From an uncultured Acidobacteriota bacterium (lineage in GTDB: Bacteria; Acidobacteriota; Thermoanaerobaculia; Multivoradales; UBA5704), in NCBI GenBank assembly GCA_963770895.1, contig CAVYRF010000001.1, forward strand, positions 384,001-448,000: a stretch of 64,000 nucleotides of DNA, in the 5' to 3' direction. The position numbers and the translations under genes were made by a program. Positions 44,910 to 53,234 of the stretch are shown in pieces. The first letter of the stretch is position 1. Every line of letters starts with the position of its first letter. The notes beneath the pieces are model-generated. The model searched no databases, was not told where the DNA came from, and worked only from the letters and a program-made list of their open reading frames with translations.

Positions 44910-46616
44910 ATGAGCTGGAACGAGGAGGACTACCTGGCGCGGCTCGCCGCGGCCATCGAGCGCTTTGACCGCGCCGGCGCCACCCGCCTGGTCGACGAGC
45001 TGGCCGCGGCGCTCGACCAGGGCGAGGCGCCGTCGCCCGCGGCGGCCCGCACGACGCTGCAGTCGCTGCGCCGCAAGTGCCTTTTCGACCTGATGGAGCG
45101 CGCCGCGGTGGCGCTGCGCCAGGCGGGACGGGACGAGGCGCAGATCCGCCGCCAGCATGCCCAGGCGCTGATCGACCAGGGGAAGCTGACGGCGGCGATC
45201 GACCTGCTCGAAGGGCTCGTCGCCCGCACCGCCGGGGACCCCGCCGAAAACGGCGAGGCGCGCGGCCTGCTCGGCCGCGCCTGCAAGCAGCTGTACATTG
45301 GCGCGGTCGGCGGTGCCGCCGGCGGCAGCGAGCCCGCCCGGTCCGGCGCCGGCGCGCGGCGCGCGGCGCAGCGGCACCTGGCGCGCGCCGTCGAGGCCTA
45401 CCGCACGGGCTACGTCGCCGACCCCGCGGGCCGCCTCTGGCACGGCATCAATACCGTGGCGCTGGTCTGCCGGGCGGGCCGCGACGGCGTGGAACTCGCG
45501 GCCGCCCCCGACCCCATGGCGCTGGCGCGCGAGATCCTGGCGCGGATCGGCGGCCCGCGCCAGGCGGTGGCGGCGTGGGACGTGGCGACCGCGGCCGAGG
45601 CCTGCGTCGCCCTCGGCCGGCCCGAGGAGGCCCTGCTGTGGATCGGCGAATACGTGCAGCGGCCGGAGGCCGACGCCTTCGAGCTCGCGAGCACCCTGCG
45701 CCAGCTGACCGAGGTCTGGCAGCTGAACCTGGCGACGCCGCCGGGCTCGCTGCTGCTGCCGCTCCTGCAATCGAACCTCCTGGTGCGCAAGGGGGGCCGG
45801 GTGGAGCTCGCGCCCGGAGAGCTGGGCCAGGCCATCGACCGCAGCCGCGAGGCCGCCGGCGCGGCCGAGCAGGCGACCGGCGAGCAGCTCGAGAAGATCC
45901 TCGGCCGCGACGGGGTGGTGACGCTCAAGTGGTACCAGACCGGCCTCGAGCGCTGCCGCACGGTGGCGCAGGTGCGCACCCGGCTCGACGAAGGCGTCGG
46001 CACCGGCTTCCTGGTGCGCGGCGGCGACTTCGCGGCCGGCCTTGCCGGGCAGATCCTGCTGCTGACCAACGCCCACGTGGTGAGCGCCGATCCCGCGGTG
46101 CAGAAAGAGCACGGGTCGCTCGATCCCGGCGACGTCCAGATCGTCTTCGAGGCGCTCCCCGGCACCGCCGGGCAGAGCTACCGCGCCGCCCGCCTGCTCT
46201 GGACCTCCCCTCCCGAGGAGCTCGACGCCACCCTCCTCGCGCTCGACCCGCCGCTGCCCGCCTCGGAGTGCTTCCCGCTCGCCCGCCGCCTGCCGGTCGC
46301 CGACGGCCAGCAGAAGGTCTACGTCATCGGCCATCCCGGCGGCCGGTCGCTGTCGATCTCCTTGCACGACAACCTGTTGCTCGACCACGACGGCGAGCGT
46401 CTGATCCACTACCGCGCGCCGACCGAGGGGGGCAGCTCCGGCAGCCCGGTGTTCAACCAGCAATGGGACCTGCTCGGCCTCCATCACGCGGGCGGCTTCG
46501 CCGTGGCCCGGCTGCGGGGCCAGACCGGCACCTACGCCGCCAACGAGGGAATCTGGATCCAGCGCATCATCCAGGAGCTCCAGAAGGCGGGGCTGCAGGA
46601 AATCTGCGCTCCTTAG
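44910..46616 (+). CDS. TPR/helical N-terminal domain plus trypsin-like serine protease
   Basis: AQALIDQG, EARGLLGRACKQ, WHGIN, W..ATAAEA; protease GTGFL, LTNAHV, ELD, IGHPGG, TEGGSSGSPVF. Confidence 0.9.
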   Translation: MSWNEEDYLARLAAAIERFDRAGATRLVDELAAALDQGEAPSPAAARTTLQSLRRKCLFDLMERAAVALRQAGRDEAQIRRQHAQALIDQGKLTAAIDLLEGLVARTAGDPAENGEARGLLGRACKQLYIGAVGGAAGGSEPARSGAGARRAAQRHLARAVEAYRTGYVADPAGRLWHGINTVALVCRAGRDGVELAAAPDPMALAREILARIGGPRQAVAAWDVATAAEACVALGRPEEALLWIGEYVQRPEADAFELASTLRQLTEVWQLNLATPPGSLLLPLLQSNLLVRKGGRVELAPGELGQAIDRSREAAGAAEQATGEQLEKILGRDGVVTLKWYQTGLERCRTVAQVRTRLDEGVGTGFLVRGGDFAAGLAGQILLLTNAHVVSADPAVQKEHGSLDPGDVQIVFEALPGTAGQSYRAARLLWTSPPEELDATLLALDPPLPASECFPLARRLPVADGQQKVYVIGHPGGRSLSISLHDNLLLDHDGERLIHYRAPTEGGSSGSPVFNQQWDLLGLHHAGGFAVARLRGQTGTYAANEGIWIQRIIQELQKAGLQEICAP

Positions 46617-46771
46617 CCGCCGGTGAGGCATTTCCCGCGGCAGGTTGCGGCGGCGGCCGGGAGCTCCCGAGTTTGGAGGCGCAGAACACCCAGGCGAGAT
46701 CTTATTTGAAGAAATTATCAACGCTGTATAGTGTGTAAAGGTAAGCCCTTGCTCGCTGTGAGGGGTTCAGG

Positions 46772-48475
46772 ATGAGAGCGGTCGTACAACTTCTTGGCGT
46801 TTTCCTCGAGTGGTCGAAGGGCGTGCGGCGCTCGCGCTCGTCGGTAGTGCTGGCCAGTTTGGCGGGGGGCGTCTCCGGTCTTGCCAGCACGGCGGTGATC
46901 GCGGTCATCAATGCCGCTCTCAACGGCCCCGCTGGCTCCCGGCCGGCGCTGGCGCGGGAGCTGGCGGCGCTGTGCGTGGTGATTCCGCTCAGCGGCTTCC
47001 TGTCACAGGTCCTGCTCGCGCGGCTGACGGCCCAGGCGGGATATGAGCTGCGGATGACGCTGTCGCGGCGGATACTCGCTGCACCGTTCCGGCTGCTGGA
47101 GGAGATCGGCGCGCACCGCCTGCTGGCGACTCTCAACGAAGACATCCTGGCGGTGACCAACGCGGTCTCCACCCTGCCGGTGCTGGCTATGCAGCTCACT
47201 GTCCTGGCGGGATGCCTGGTCTATCTCGGGTGGCTCTCCGGGCCGCTGCTGCTGTGGCTGCTCGGCTACATGGCGATCGGCCTGGCCACGTACCAGCTGC
47301 CGCTGCGGCGGGCGGTGAGCTACTACCGGCGGATGCGCGGGGAGTCGGATTCGATGTTCCGGGCCTTCCGCGCGCTCACCGAAGGGGCGAAGGAGCTCAA
47401 GCTCAATCGCGAGCGGCGGGAGGTCTTCCGCGACCAGCAGCTGGAGCCTTCGCTGGCGGGGCTCCGGCGCTACGGCGTGCTGGCCAGCACGTTCACCGTG
47501 GCCGCCGCGCACTGGGGGCAGATCCTGTTCTTCGTCTTCATCGGGCTGAGCCTGTTCGTGCTGCCCGGCTTTGTCAGCGTCAGCCACCAGGCGCTGAGCG
47601 GGTATGTCCTGGCGGTCCTCTACATGATCTCGCCGCTGGCGGTGATCCTGAACAACGTGCCGACCTTGGGGCGGGCCTGGATCGCTGCCGAGACGGTGCA
47701 GCGCCTGGGGCTCTCCCTGACCGACCAGCAGCCCGAGAAGGCGGCGGCGGCGCGGCCCTGCCCCGGCTGGAACCGCCTCGAGCTGCGCGGCGTGACGCAT
47801 GTCTACGGCGCCGACGGCGAGGAGCGCTTCCGCCTGGGTCCCCTGGACCTGACCCTCCAGCCGGGCGAAGTGCTATTCCTGATCGGCGGCAACGGCAGCG
47901 GCAAGACGACGCTGGCCAAGCTCCTCATCGGCCTCTATGAACCGGAGGAGGGGGAGATCCGCCTCGACGGCCGGCCGGTGACGGAGGAGACCCGGGACGA
48001 GTACCGGCAGCGCTTCTCGGTGGTCTTCTACGACTTCTTCCTGTTCGATCGCCTGTTCGGCATCGACCCTGCGTATCTGCGGGCTCACGGGGGGGACTAC
48101 CTGGCCCGGCTCCATCTCGCCCACAAGGTTCGCCTGGAGGGGGACCGGCTGTCGACCCTCGACCTGTCGCAGGGGCAGCGCAAGCGGCTGGCCCTGCTTG
48201 CCGCCTATCTGGAGGACCGACCGATCTACGTTTTCGACGAGTGGGCGTCGGACCAGGACCCCACCTTCAAGCAGATCTTCTACCACCAGCTGTTGCCGGA
48301 GCTGAAAGCGCGGGGCAAGACCGTCATCGTGATCACTCACGACGATCGCTATTTCGATGCCGCGGACCGGATCGTCAAGCTGGAGCAGGGCCAGGTGGAG
48401 TACGACACTTGCGATCGAGCCCCCTTCACGACCGAGCAACGCGTCGGCGACGAAGTGGCGAGCGCTCCCTGGTAG
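46772..48475 (+). CDS. Cyclic-peptide ABC exporter (SyrD/PvdE/YojI family)
   Basis: TMD plus GAKELKL, GGNGSGKTT, LSQGQRKRLAL, FDEWASDQDP, ITHDDRYF. Confidence 0.95.
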   Translation: MRAVVQLLGVFLEWSKGVRRSRSSVVLASLAGGVSGLASTAVIAVINAALNGPAGSRPALARELAALCVVIPLSGFLSQVLLARLTAQAGYELRMTLSRRILAAPFRLLEEIGAHRLLATLNEDILAVTNAVSTLPVLAMQLTVLAGCLVYLGWLSGPLLLWLLGYMAIGLATYQLPLRRAVSYYRRMRGESDSMFRAFRALTEGAKELKLNRERREVFRDQQLEPSLAGLRRYGVLASTFTVAAAHWGQILFFVFIGLSLFVLPGFVSVSHQALSGYVLAVLYMISPLAVILNNVPTLGRAWIAAETVQRLGLSLTDQQPEKAAAARPCPGWNRLELRGVTHVYGADGEERFRLGPLDLTLQPGEVLFLIGGNGSGKTTLAKLLIGLYEPEEGEIRLDGRPVTEETRDEYRQRFSVVFYDFFLFDRLFGIDPAYLRAHGGDYLARLHLAHKVRLEGDRLSTLDLSQGQRKRLALLAAYLEDRPIYVFDEWASDQDPTFKQIFYHQLLPELKARGKTVIVITHDDRYFDAADRIVKLEQGQVEYDTCDRAPFTTEQRVGDEVASAPW

Positions 48476-48478
48476 GGG

Positions 48479-50638
48479 TCAGTAGGCCAGGGCCGTGCGC
48501 GACTCGAGGTGCCGCTCGATCTCCTCGCGGCCCCGCCAGACCGGCCGCAGGCGCTTCTCGGAGATCAGCGCGAGCTGGTCGCTGTGGTGTTTCGAGCCCG
48601 GTTGCGAGGCGTTCCCATAAGACAAGACCTCCGCCGCCCGGAGCGGGTGGGAGAGCTCGACGACCGCAATATAGGTCTCGCCCCCGGTGGCCTGGTAGCG
48701 GCCGTCCTTGGCAAGCTCGTAGTCGAGCGTCCGCAGAGAACCGACGGAATTGGGGCCGCCGTTGCCGGGCAGGTCCACGTCGCCGATCCGGAGCCGGTTG
48801 ACTTCCCCGAAGGGGACGTCCAGCCGGCCGAACCTCTTCCTCAGGTCCCGCGCCACGTCGGCGAGGATCTGCGCCGCCTCGACGGGCTTGAGGATCCCGC
48901 GCGGTGTGGTCAGGGGCTCGTTCTCTTGCCAGACCGTGGAGAAGTTGGTCGGCCGCGTGGATGGGCGCCGGCGCCGCATCTCCATCACCCAGACCTCGAA
49001 GAGGGTGGCGCCGCGGCTGTCCGCGTCCAGGGCGCGGTCCCACCTGGCGAGGACCTCGGCGGCCTCGCGGGCGTCCGGGTCGGCGCTGGCCCGTGCGGCT
49101 CGCACGAGGTCGTCCAGCCAGCGGTCGGCGAGCTCGCAGTGGGTCGAATGCTTGTAGGCCACCAGGTCGTCGAAGCTGATGTGGTCGTTCGCCCGCAGCA
49201 GCTGGATCGCTCTTTCCGCTCGCAGGCTCTCCCCCACCACGCCCAGCTCGCGCGGCGCGATATAGGGCGGAAACCGCGCCGGATCAAGCACCGGCGGAAA
49301 GGTGGTCAGCCAGGGCGGATCGTTGGCGTTCTGCAGCCACCCGGTCGGCGGGTCGAGGACGCGCGGCAGCTCTTCGTAGGGATGAGTTCGCGTCCACAGG
49401 TTGGACGCGGTGTCTCCGGGGACCAGCCCGGCCCAGAATTTCAGGTCCCCATGGCTCCGCACCGGGATCCGGCCGCCGAAGAGGTGAAGGATGTGCCCCT
49501 GATCGTCGGCGTAGATCACCGAGAACATGGGGGACTGCAAGCGCCGCAGCGCCCCTTCGAACTCCCGGAGGTTGCTGGCCCGTGCCATGTCCCAGTACTG
49601 CTCGACGATCCCCGTGGTGTCCAGGCCGGCGACCCGCAGGGCCACGGCCCGACCGCCGTCCTGCCAGATCACCGGGCCATGGATGGAGCGCAGGATCGGG
49701 AGCGGCTCGTCCTTGAGCGAGCCGTCCGGCTGCCGCACCTTGAGCGTCCGGGTTTCCCGTTCGAAGGCGCGGCTCCCTCCCTCCCAGGCGTACCCTCCCG
49801 GGCGTAGGTCCAGCAGGTACAGGTTGTAGGCGGCGAGAAGATTGACCGTGTGCCCCCAGCCGAGGTGGTCGTTGAAGCCGACCGCCAGGATGGGAAAGCC
49901 GACTATGGTTGCTCCCGTGATATCGACGCCGGGCGCATCGAGCTGAGATTCGTACCAGGTCACGGGGCCGTTCCACTCCACGTGGGGGTTGATGAGCAGC
50001 AAAGCGTGGCCGTCGCGGGTGTGCCCTGGAGCCACCGCCCAGGCCATCGAGCCGAGGCTGGAGGTTTCCCGGGACGCCGCCAGGCCTTCCTCGATCTCCC
50101 GGCGGATGGACAGCGGGCTTGCAAGGAACGTGAAGTGGAGGGTGTGCTGGACGTGGGCGAGGACGTCGACGGCATCGACCGGCAGCACGGCCCTCACGTC
50201 AGGCCCGAGGCGATCGCCGTGTTCACGGCCGTAGGCGTTGATCCCCGCCGCGAAAGCGTCGAGGCAGACGCTCATCGAGGGGGACTGGTCCGCGTACCAG
50301 CGCCGGGCGCGCTCCGGGATGTCGTTGATCTGCACCCAGCGGTCCTGGTCGAGGTACCTGGCGCCCCAGTACTCGGCTGCCCGCCCGCGCGCCGCGCCGT
50401 AGGAGCGCAGGAGCAGGTCGCCATGGCTCGCCATCTGGGCCCAGCCGTAGGCGTAGAAGAGCTGGCGGGAATCGGTGGCGAAGATATGGGGCACGCCCCA
50501 GGTGTCCCAGAGGATCTCGGCGTGGGGCGGAGCGGCCAGCGAAGCGGTCCGTGCGCCGGGAGAGCACGCGGTGGCCGCGAACAGGAGCGGAACCCAGAGC
50601 AATCTGGCGGCGGCGCGGAATCCTCCCTGGCTCCCCAT
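48479..50638 (-). CDS. Ntn-hydrolase acylase (penicillin/cephalosporin acylase, PvdQ-like), probable lipoprotein
   Basis: ILWDTWGVPHI, GSMAWAV beta-chain start, LLINPH, LGWGHTVN, WLQNANDPPW, YGNASQPGS; LFAATA-C lipobox. Confidence 0.92.
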   Translation of the reverse strand: MGSQGGFRAAARLLWVPLLFAATACSPGARTASLAAPPHAEILWDTWGVPHIFATDSRQLFYAYGWAQMASHGDLLLRSYGAARGRAAEYWGARYLDQDRWVQINDIPERARRWYADQSPSMSVCLDAFAAGINAYGREHGDRLGPDVRAVLPVDAVDVLAHVQHTLHFTFLASPLSIRREIEEGLAASRETSSLGSMAWAVAPGHTRDGHALLLINPHVEWNGPVTWYESQLDAPGVDITGATIVGFPILAVGFNDHLGWGHTVNLLAAYNLYLLDLRPGGYAWEGGSRAFERETRTLKVRQPDGSLKDEPLPILRSIHGPVIWQDGGRAVALRVAGLDTTGIVEQYWDMARASNLREFEGALRRLQSPMFSVIYADDQGHILHLFGGRIPVRSHGDLKFWAGLVPGDTASNLWTRTHPYEELPRVLDPPTGWLQNANDPPWLTTFPPVLDPARFPPYIAPRELGVVGESLRAERAIQLLRANDHISFDDLVAYKHSTHCELADRWLDDLVRAARASADPDAREAAEVLARWDRALDADSRGATLFEVWVMEMRRRRPSTRPTNFSTVWQENEPLTTPRGILKPVEAAQILADVARDLRKRFGRLDVPFGEVNRLRIGDVDLPGNGGPNSVGSLRTLDYELAKDGRYQATGGETYIAVVELSHPLRAAEVLSYGNASQPGSKHHSDQLALISEKRLRPVWRGREEIERHLESRTALAY

Positions 50639-50685
50639 GGCGGGAAAAGACGGTATCATGAAAATTATGAGGTGCAAAAGTTAGC

Positions 50686-53190
50686 ATGCCTTTCTCTGTT
50701 CTTTTGCCGGAGCGCGGCCCCCGCGGCCTTTTGGAGGCCACCCTGGAGTCGGTCCAGGCCCAGACCTCGGGCGCCCGGGAGCTGATCCGGGTGGGCGCTG
50801 ACCACAATGCCGGCATCGCTCGGGCGCGCGCCCCCTTCCTCCTCTTTCTCGAAGCCGGCAACCTGCTCCATCCGCGCTGCCTGCAATGGATGGAGGAGGC
50901 CCTGGATGGGGGGGCGGTGGACGCCGTCCTCTGCGGCTGGCGCTTCGTGGACGCGGCAGGGCACCCGGGACCGGAGCACCCCTGCCCAGCCGAAGAGGAC
51001 CTTTTCCCGCCACTCGCCGCCCACCCGCTCTTCCCGGCCGCCGCCTGCCTGGTGCGGAAGAGCCGGGTCGAGGAGGCGGGCGGCTTCGATCCCGACCTGC
51101 CGGCCTGCGGCGCCTGGGCGCTCTGGCAGCGGATCGCCCGTTCCGGAGCCCGCTTCGGGCGGCTGGCCGAGCCGCTCGTGGGTTGCCGCCTGCGGCCGCA
51201 AGCGGCAGAGGCGCTATGGCTGGAGGGCCTGGAGGTGATCGCCCGCGCCCATGCCGCGGACCCGCGGGTCCCCTTTCCCACGCCGGTCCACGCGGCAGGC
51301 CGGCCGCCTGCCGAGCTGGGGCCGGCCCGCCTGCGCTTCGCGGCCTGGTGTGCCGGCCTGGCCCTCGGCCAGGGGAGCGATCCGCGCGCCATCCTCGGCC
51401 GCCTGGGGGGGCCGTCCGAGCTCCTGGCAGGCGGGCTCGATCCCGCGTCGATCGCGCGGGCTTTCGCTGCCGCGATCCCCCTTGGCGCCGGCAGGACCGA
51501 GGACGCCTGGGGCTCCCTTTGGCCGGAGATCGAGGAGCGGCTGGAAGGCTTTCTGGCCGTGCTCGAGACGCTGACCCGGGTGCAGCGGCTCGGCCGGCGG
51601 GTCCGCTCCGTCCTCGAAGGCCGGGCGGCGGCGGCGGCGAGCTCCCGCCCCCTCGATCTCGGGCGGCTGCGCGCGGTCACCTGGGAGCTGACCATGCCGC
51701 TCGCGGACCTCGCCATCCCCTCCGCCGGGACCGAGTACTTGCGCTGCGACCTGACCCTGGAGGGAGAGGCCCTGGGCGCCGTCGATCTCCCGGTGGTGGG
51801 AGACCGGGTCGCCGCGGCGGTACTCGCCGACGCGGCGGCCGCCGCCTTCGCCCGGCCGATCGCCGAGCGCTTCCAGGCGCGCTCGGGACGCCCGTCCGGC
51901 TGGGACCGTCTCCTCGCGGAAATCCGGCCCCTCGACGCTGCGTCCGTCGAGAGACCGCGGGACGGCTGGCTCGCCGTGGAGGTCGGCTCGCCCCTTCCCG
52001 GGGTTGCGGCGGCGGCGCCGTTTCAGCTCGCGGTCCGCCTGGGCGGGGCCGCCGTCGGCGTCCTCGATCTCCCCGCCGGCCGCTTCCGCCCCGCGGAGCT
52101 CTGGCGGGTGATCGCAGAGACCGCCGGTGGCGAGCTCCGCCGTGCCGCCGTGCGCGAGGGGATCCTCGGCCGGCCGCTCGACAGCCCGGGATCGCTGCGC
52201 CAGCGGTTGGCGGCGCTGGCGGCGCGGCGGAGCGCGGCAGGAAGCGACGCTCCCGGCGGCGTCGTGCTCGCGCGCCACCGCGGCGCCAGCGGGACCGCCG
52301 CCGCGCGGCGGGCGGACCTTCCGGCCGCCGCCCTGGACGATCTATTCGCGTCCGCCGAGGCCGCCGGAGAGCCCGTCGCGCGGACCCCCGGAGGGAATCC
52401 CGGGGGGCGGGTCGCGTACGCCCCGGATCTGCTCTGGAGCGGCTGTGGCGAGGCGGTGGCGGAGCCGCCGGGAGCGGAGCGCCCTGCCGCGGCCAGGCGG
52501 CTTCCCATCCTGCTCTACCACAGTGTGGCACCGGAGGGGCCTTCCTCTCTGGGGCGCTACCGGGTCTCTCGCGAGGGGTTCGCGGAGCACCTCGCGTACC
52601 TCAAGGACCTCGGCTGCTATACGCCGCGGCTGGCCGACTGGGGCCGGGCCGTGATGGCCGGCCGGCCGCTTCCCGGGCGTCCCGTGCTGCTGACCTTCGA
52701 CGACGGCTATCGCGACTTCGCGCTCTTCGCCTGGCCGCTGCTGCGCCAGCACGGCTTCCGCGCCCTGGTGTTCCTGGTGGCGGAGCAGGTGGGGAAGACG
52801 AGCCGGTGGGACGAGTCGTACGGCGAACCCCTGCCGCTGCTCGGCTGGGAGGAGATCCGGACGCTGCGCGACGAGGGGGTCGAGCTCGGCTCGCACTCGG
52901 CCACGCATCCGGCGTTGACGGGGCTCTCCCCGGCCGAGGTGGTCCGGGAGGCGGCGCGCTCGCGTGCCCTGCTCACCCGCGGCCTCGGCCGCGCCGTCGA
53001 GGCCTTCGCCTACCCCCATGGCGACTACAACCCCACGATCCTCCACCTGGTGGGGGCCTGCGGCTACCTCTACGGCTTCACCGCCAGGCCGGAGCCGGCC
53101 GGCGTCGACGATCCACTCCTGGCGCTGCCACGGATCGAGATCGCCGGCGGCGACGGCCCCGCCGAGCTGGCCAGCAAATTGATCTGGTGA
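50686..53190 (+). CDS. Degenerate GT2-like domain fused to a NodB polysaccharide deacetylase
   Basis: N-terminus resembles GT2 (SVLLP, TLESVQAQT, NAGI..A, GGFDPDL) but has FLEAGN instead of FLDxDD; C-terminal PILLYH, LTFDDG, GSHSATH, FAYPHG, LPRI. Confidence 0.8.
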   Translation: MPFSVLLPERGPRGLLEATLESVQAQTSGARELIRVGADHNAGIARARAPFLLFLEAGNLLHPRCLQWMEEALDGGAVDAVLCGWRFVDAAGHPGPEHPCPAEEDLFPPLAAHPLFPAAACLVRKSRVEEAGGFDPDLPACGAWALWQRIARSGARFGRLAEPLVGCRLRPQAAEALWLEGLEVIARAHAADPRVPFPTPVHAAGRPPAELGPARLRFAAWCAGLALGQGSDPRAILGRLGGPSELLAGGLDPASIARAFAAAIPLGAGRTEDAWGSLWPEIEERLEGFLAVLETLTRVQRLGRRVRSVLEGRAAAAASSRPLDLGRLRAVTWELTMPLADLAIPSAGTEYLRCDLTLEGEALGAVDLPVVGDRVAAAVLADAAAAAFARPIAERFQARSGRPSGWDRLLAEIRPLDAASVERPRDGWLAVEVGSPLPGVAAAAPFQLAVRLGGAAVGVLDLPAGRFRPAELWRVIAETAGGELRRAAVREGILGRPLDSPGSLRQRLAALAARRSAAGSDAPGGVVLARHRGASGTAAARRADLPAAALDDLFASAEAAGEPVARTPGGNPGGRVAYAPDLLWSGCGEAVAEPPGAERPAAARRLPILLYHSVAPEGPSSLGRYRVSREGFAEHLAYLKDLGCYTPRLADWGRAVMAGRPLPGRPVLLTFDDGYRDFALFAWPLLRQHGFRALVFLVAEQVGKTSRWDESYGEPLPLLGWEEIRTLRDEGVELGSHSATHPALTGLSPAEVVREAARSRALLTRGLGRAVEAFAYPHGDYNPTILHLVGACGYLYGFTARPEPAGVDDPLLALPRIEIAGGDGPAELASKLIW

Positions 53191-53234
53191 TTAAGCAATT
53201 CCAGATGCTACGCTAGCGGTCAGGGAGAACCACG

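Noticed and set aside
43827-46616. 929-aa ORF suggesting a larger protease
   Set aside because: The first ~360 aa are off-frame over the hydrolase gene; the real start is ATG 44910
46700-46745. AT-rich patch upstream of the ABC exporter as a defined promoter or Fur box
   Set aside because: TATAGT is present, but spacing to TTGAAG is only 15 nt and I could not find a convincing Fur palindrome; probably a promoter, but not callable precisely
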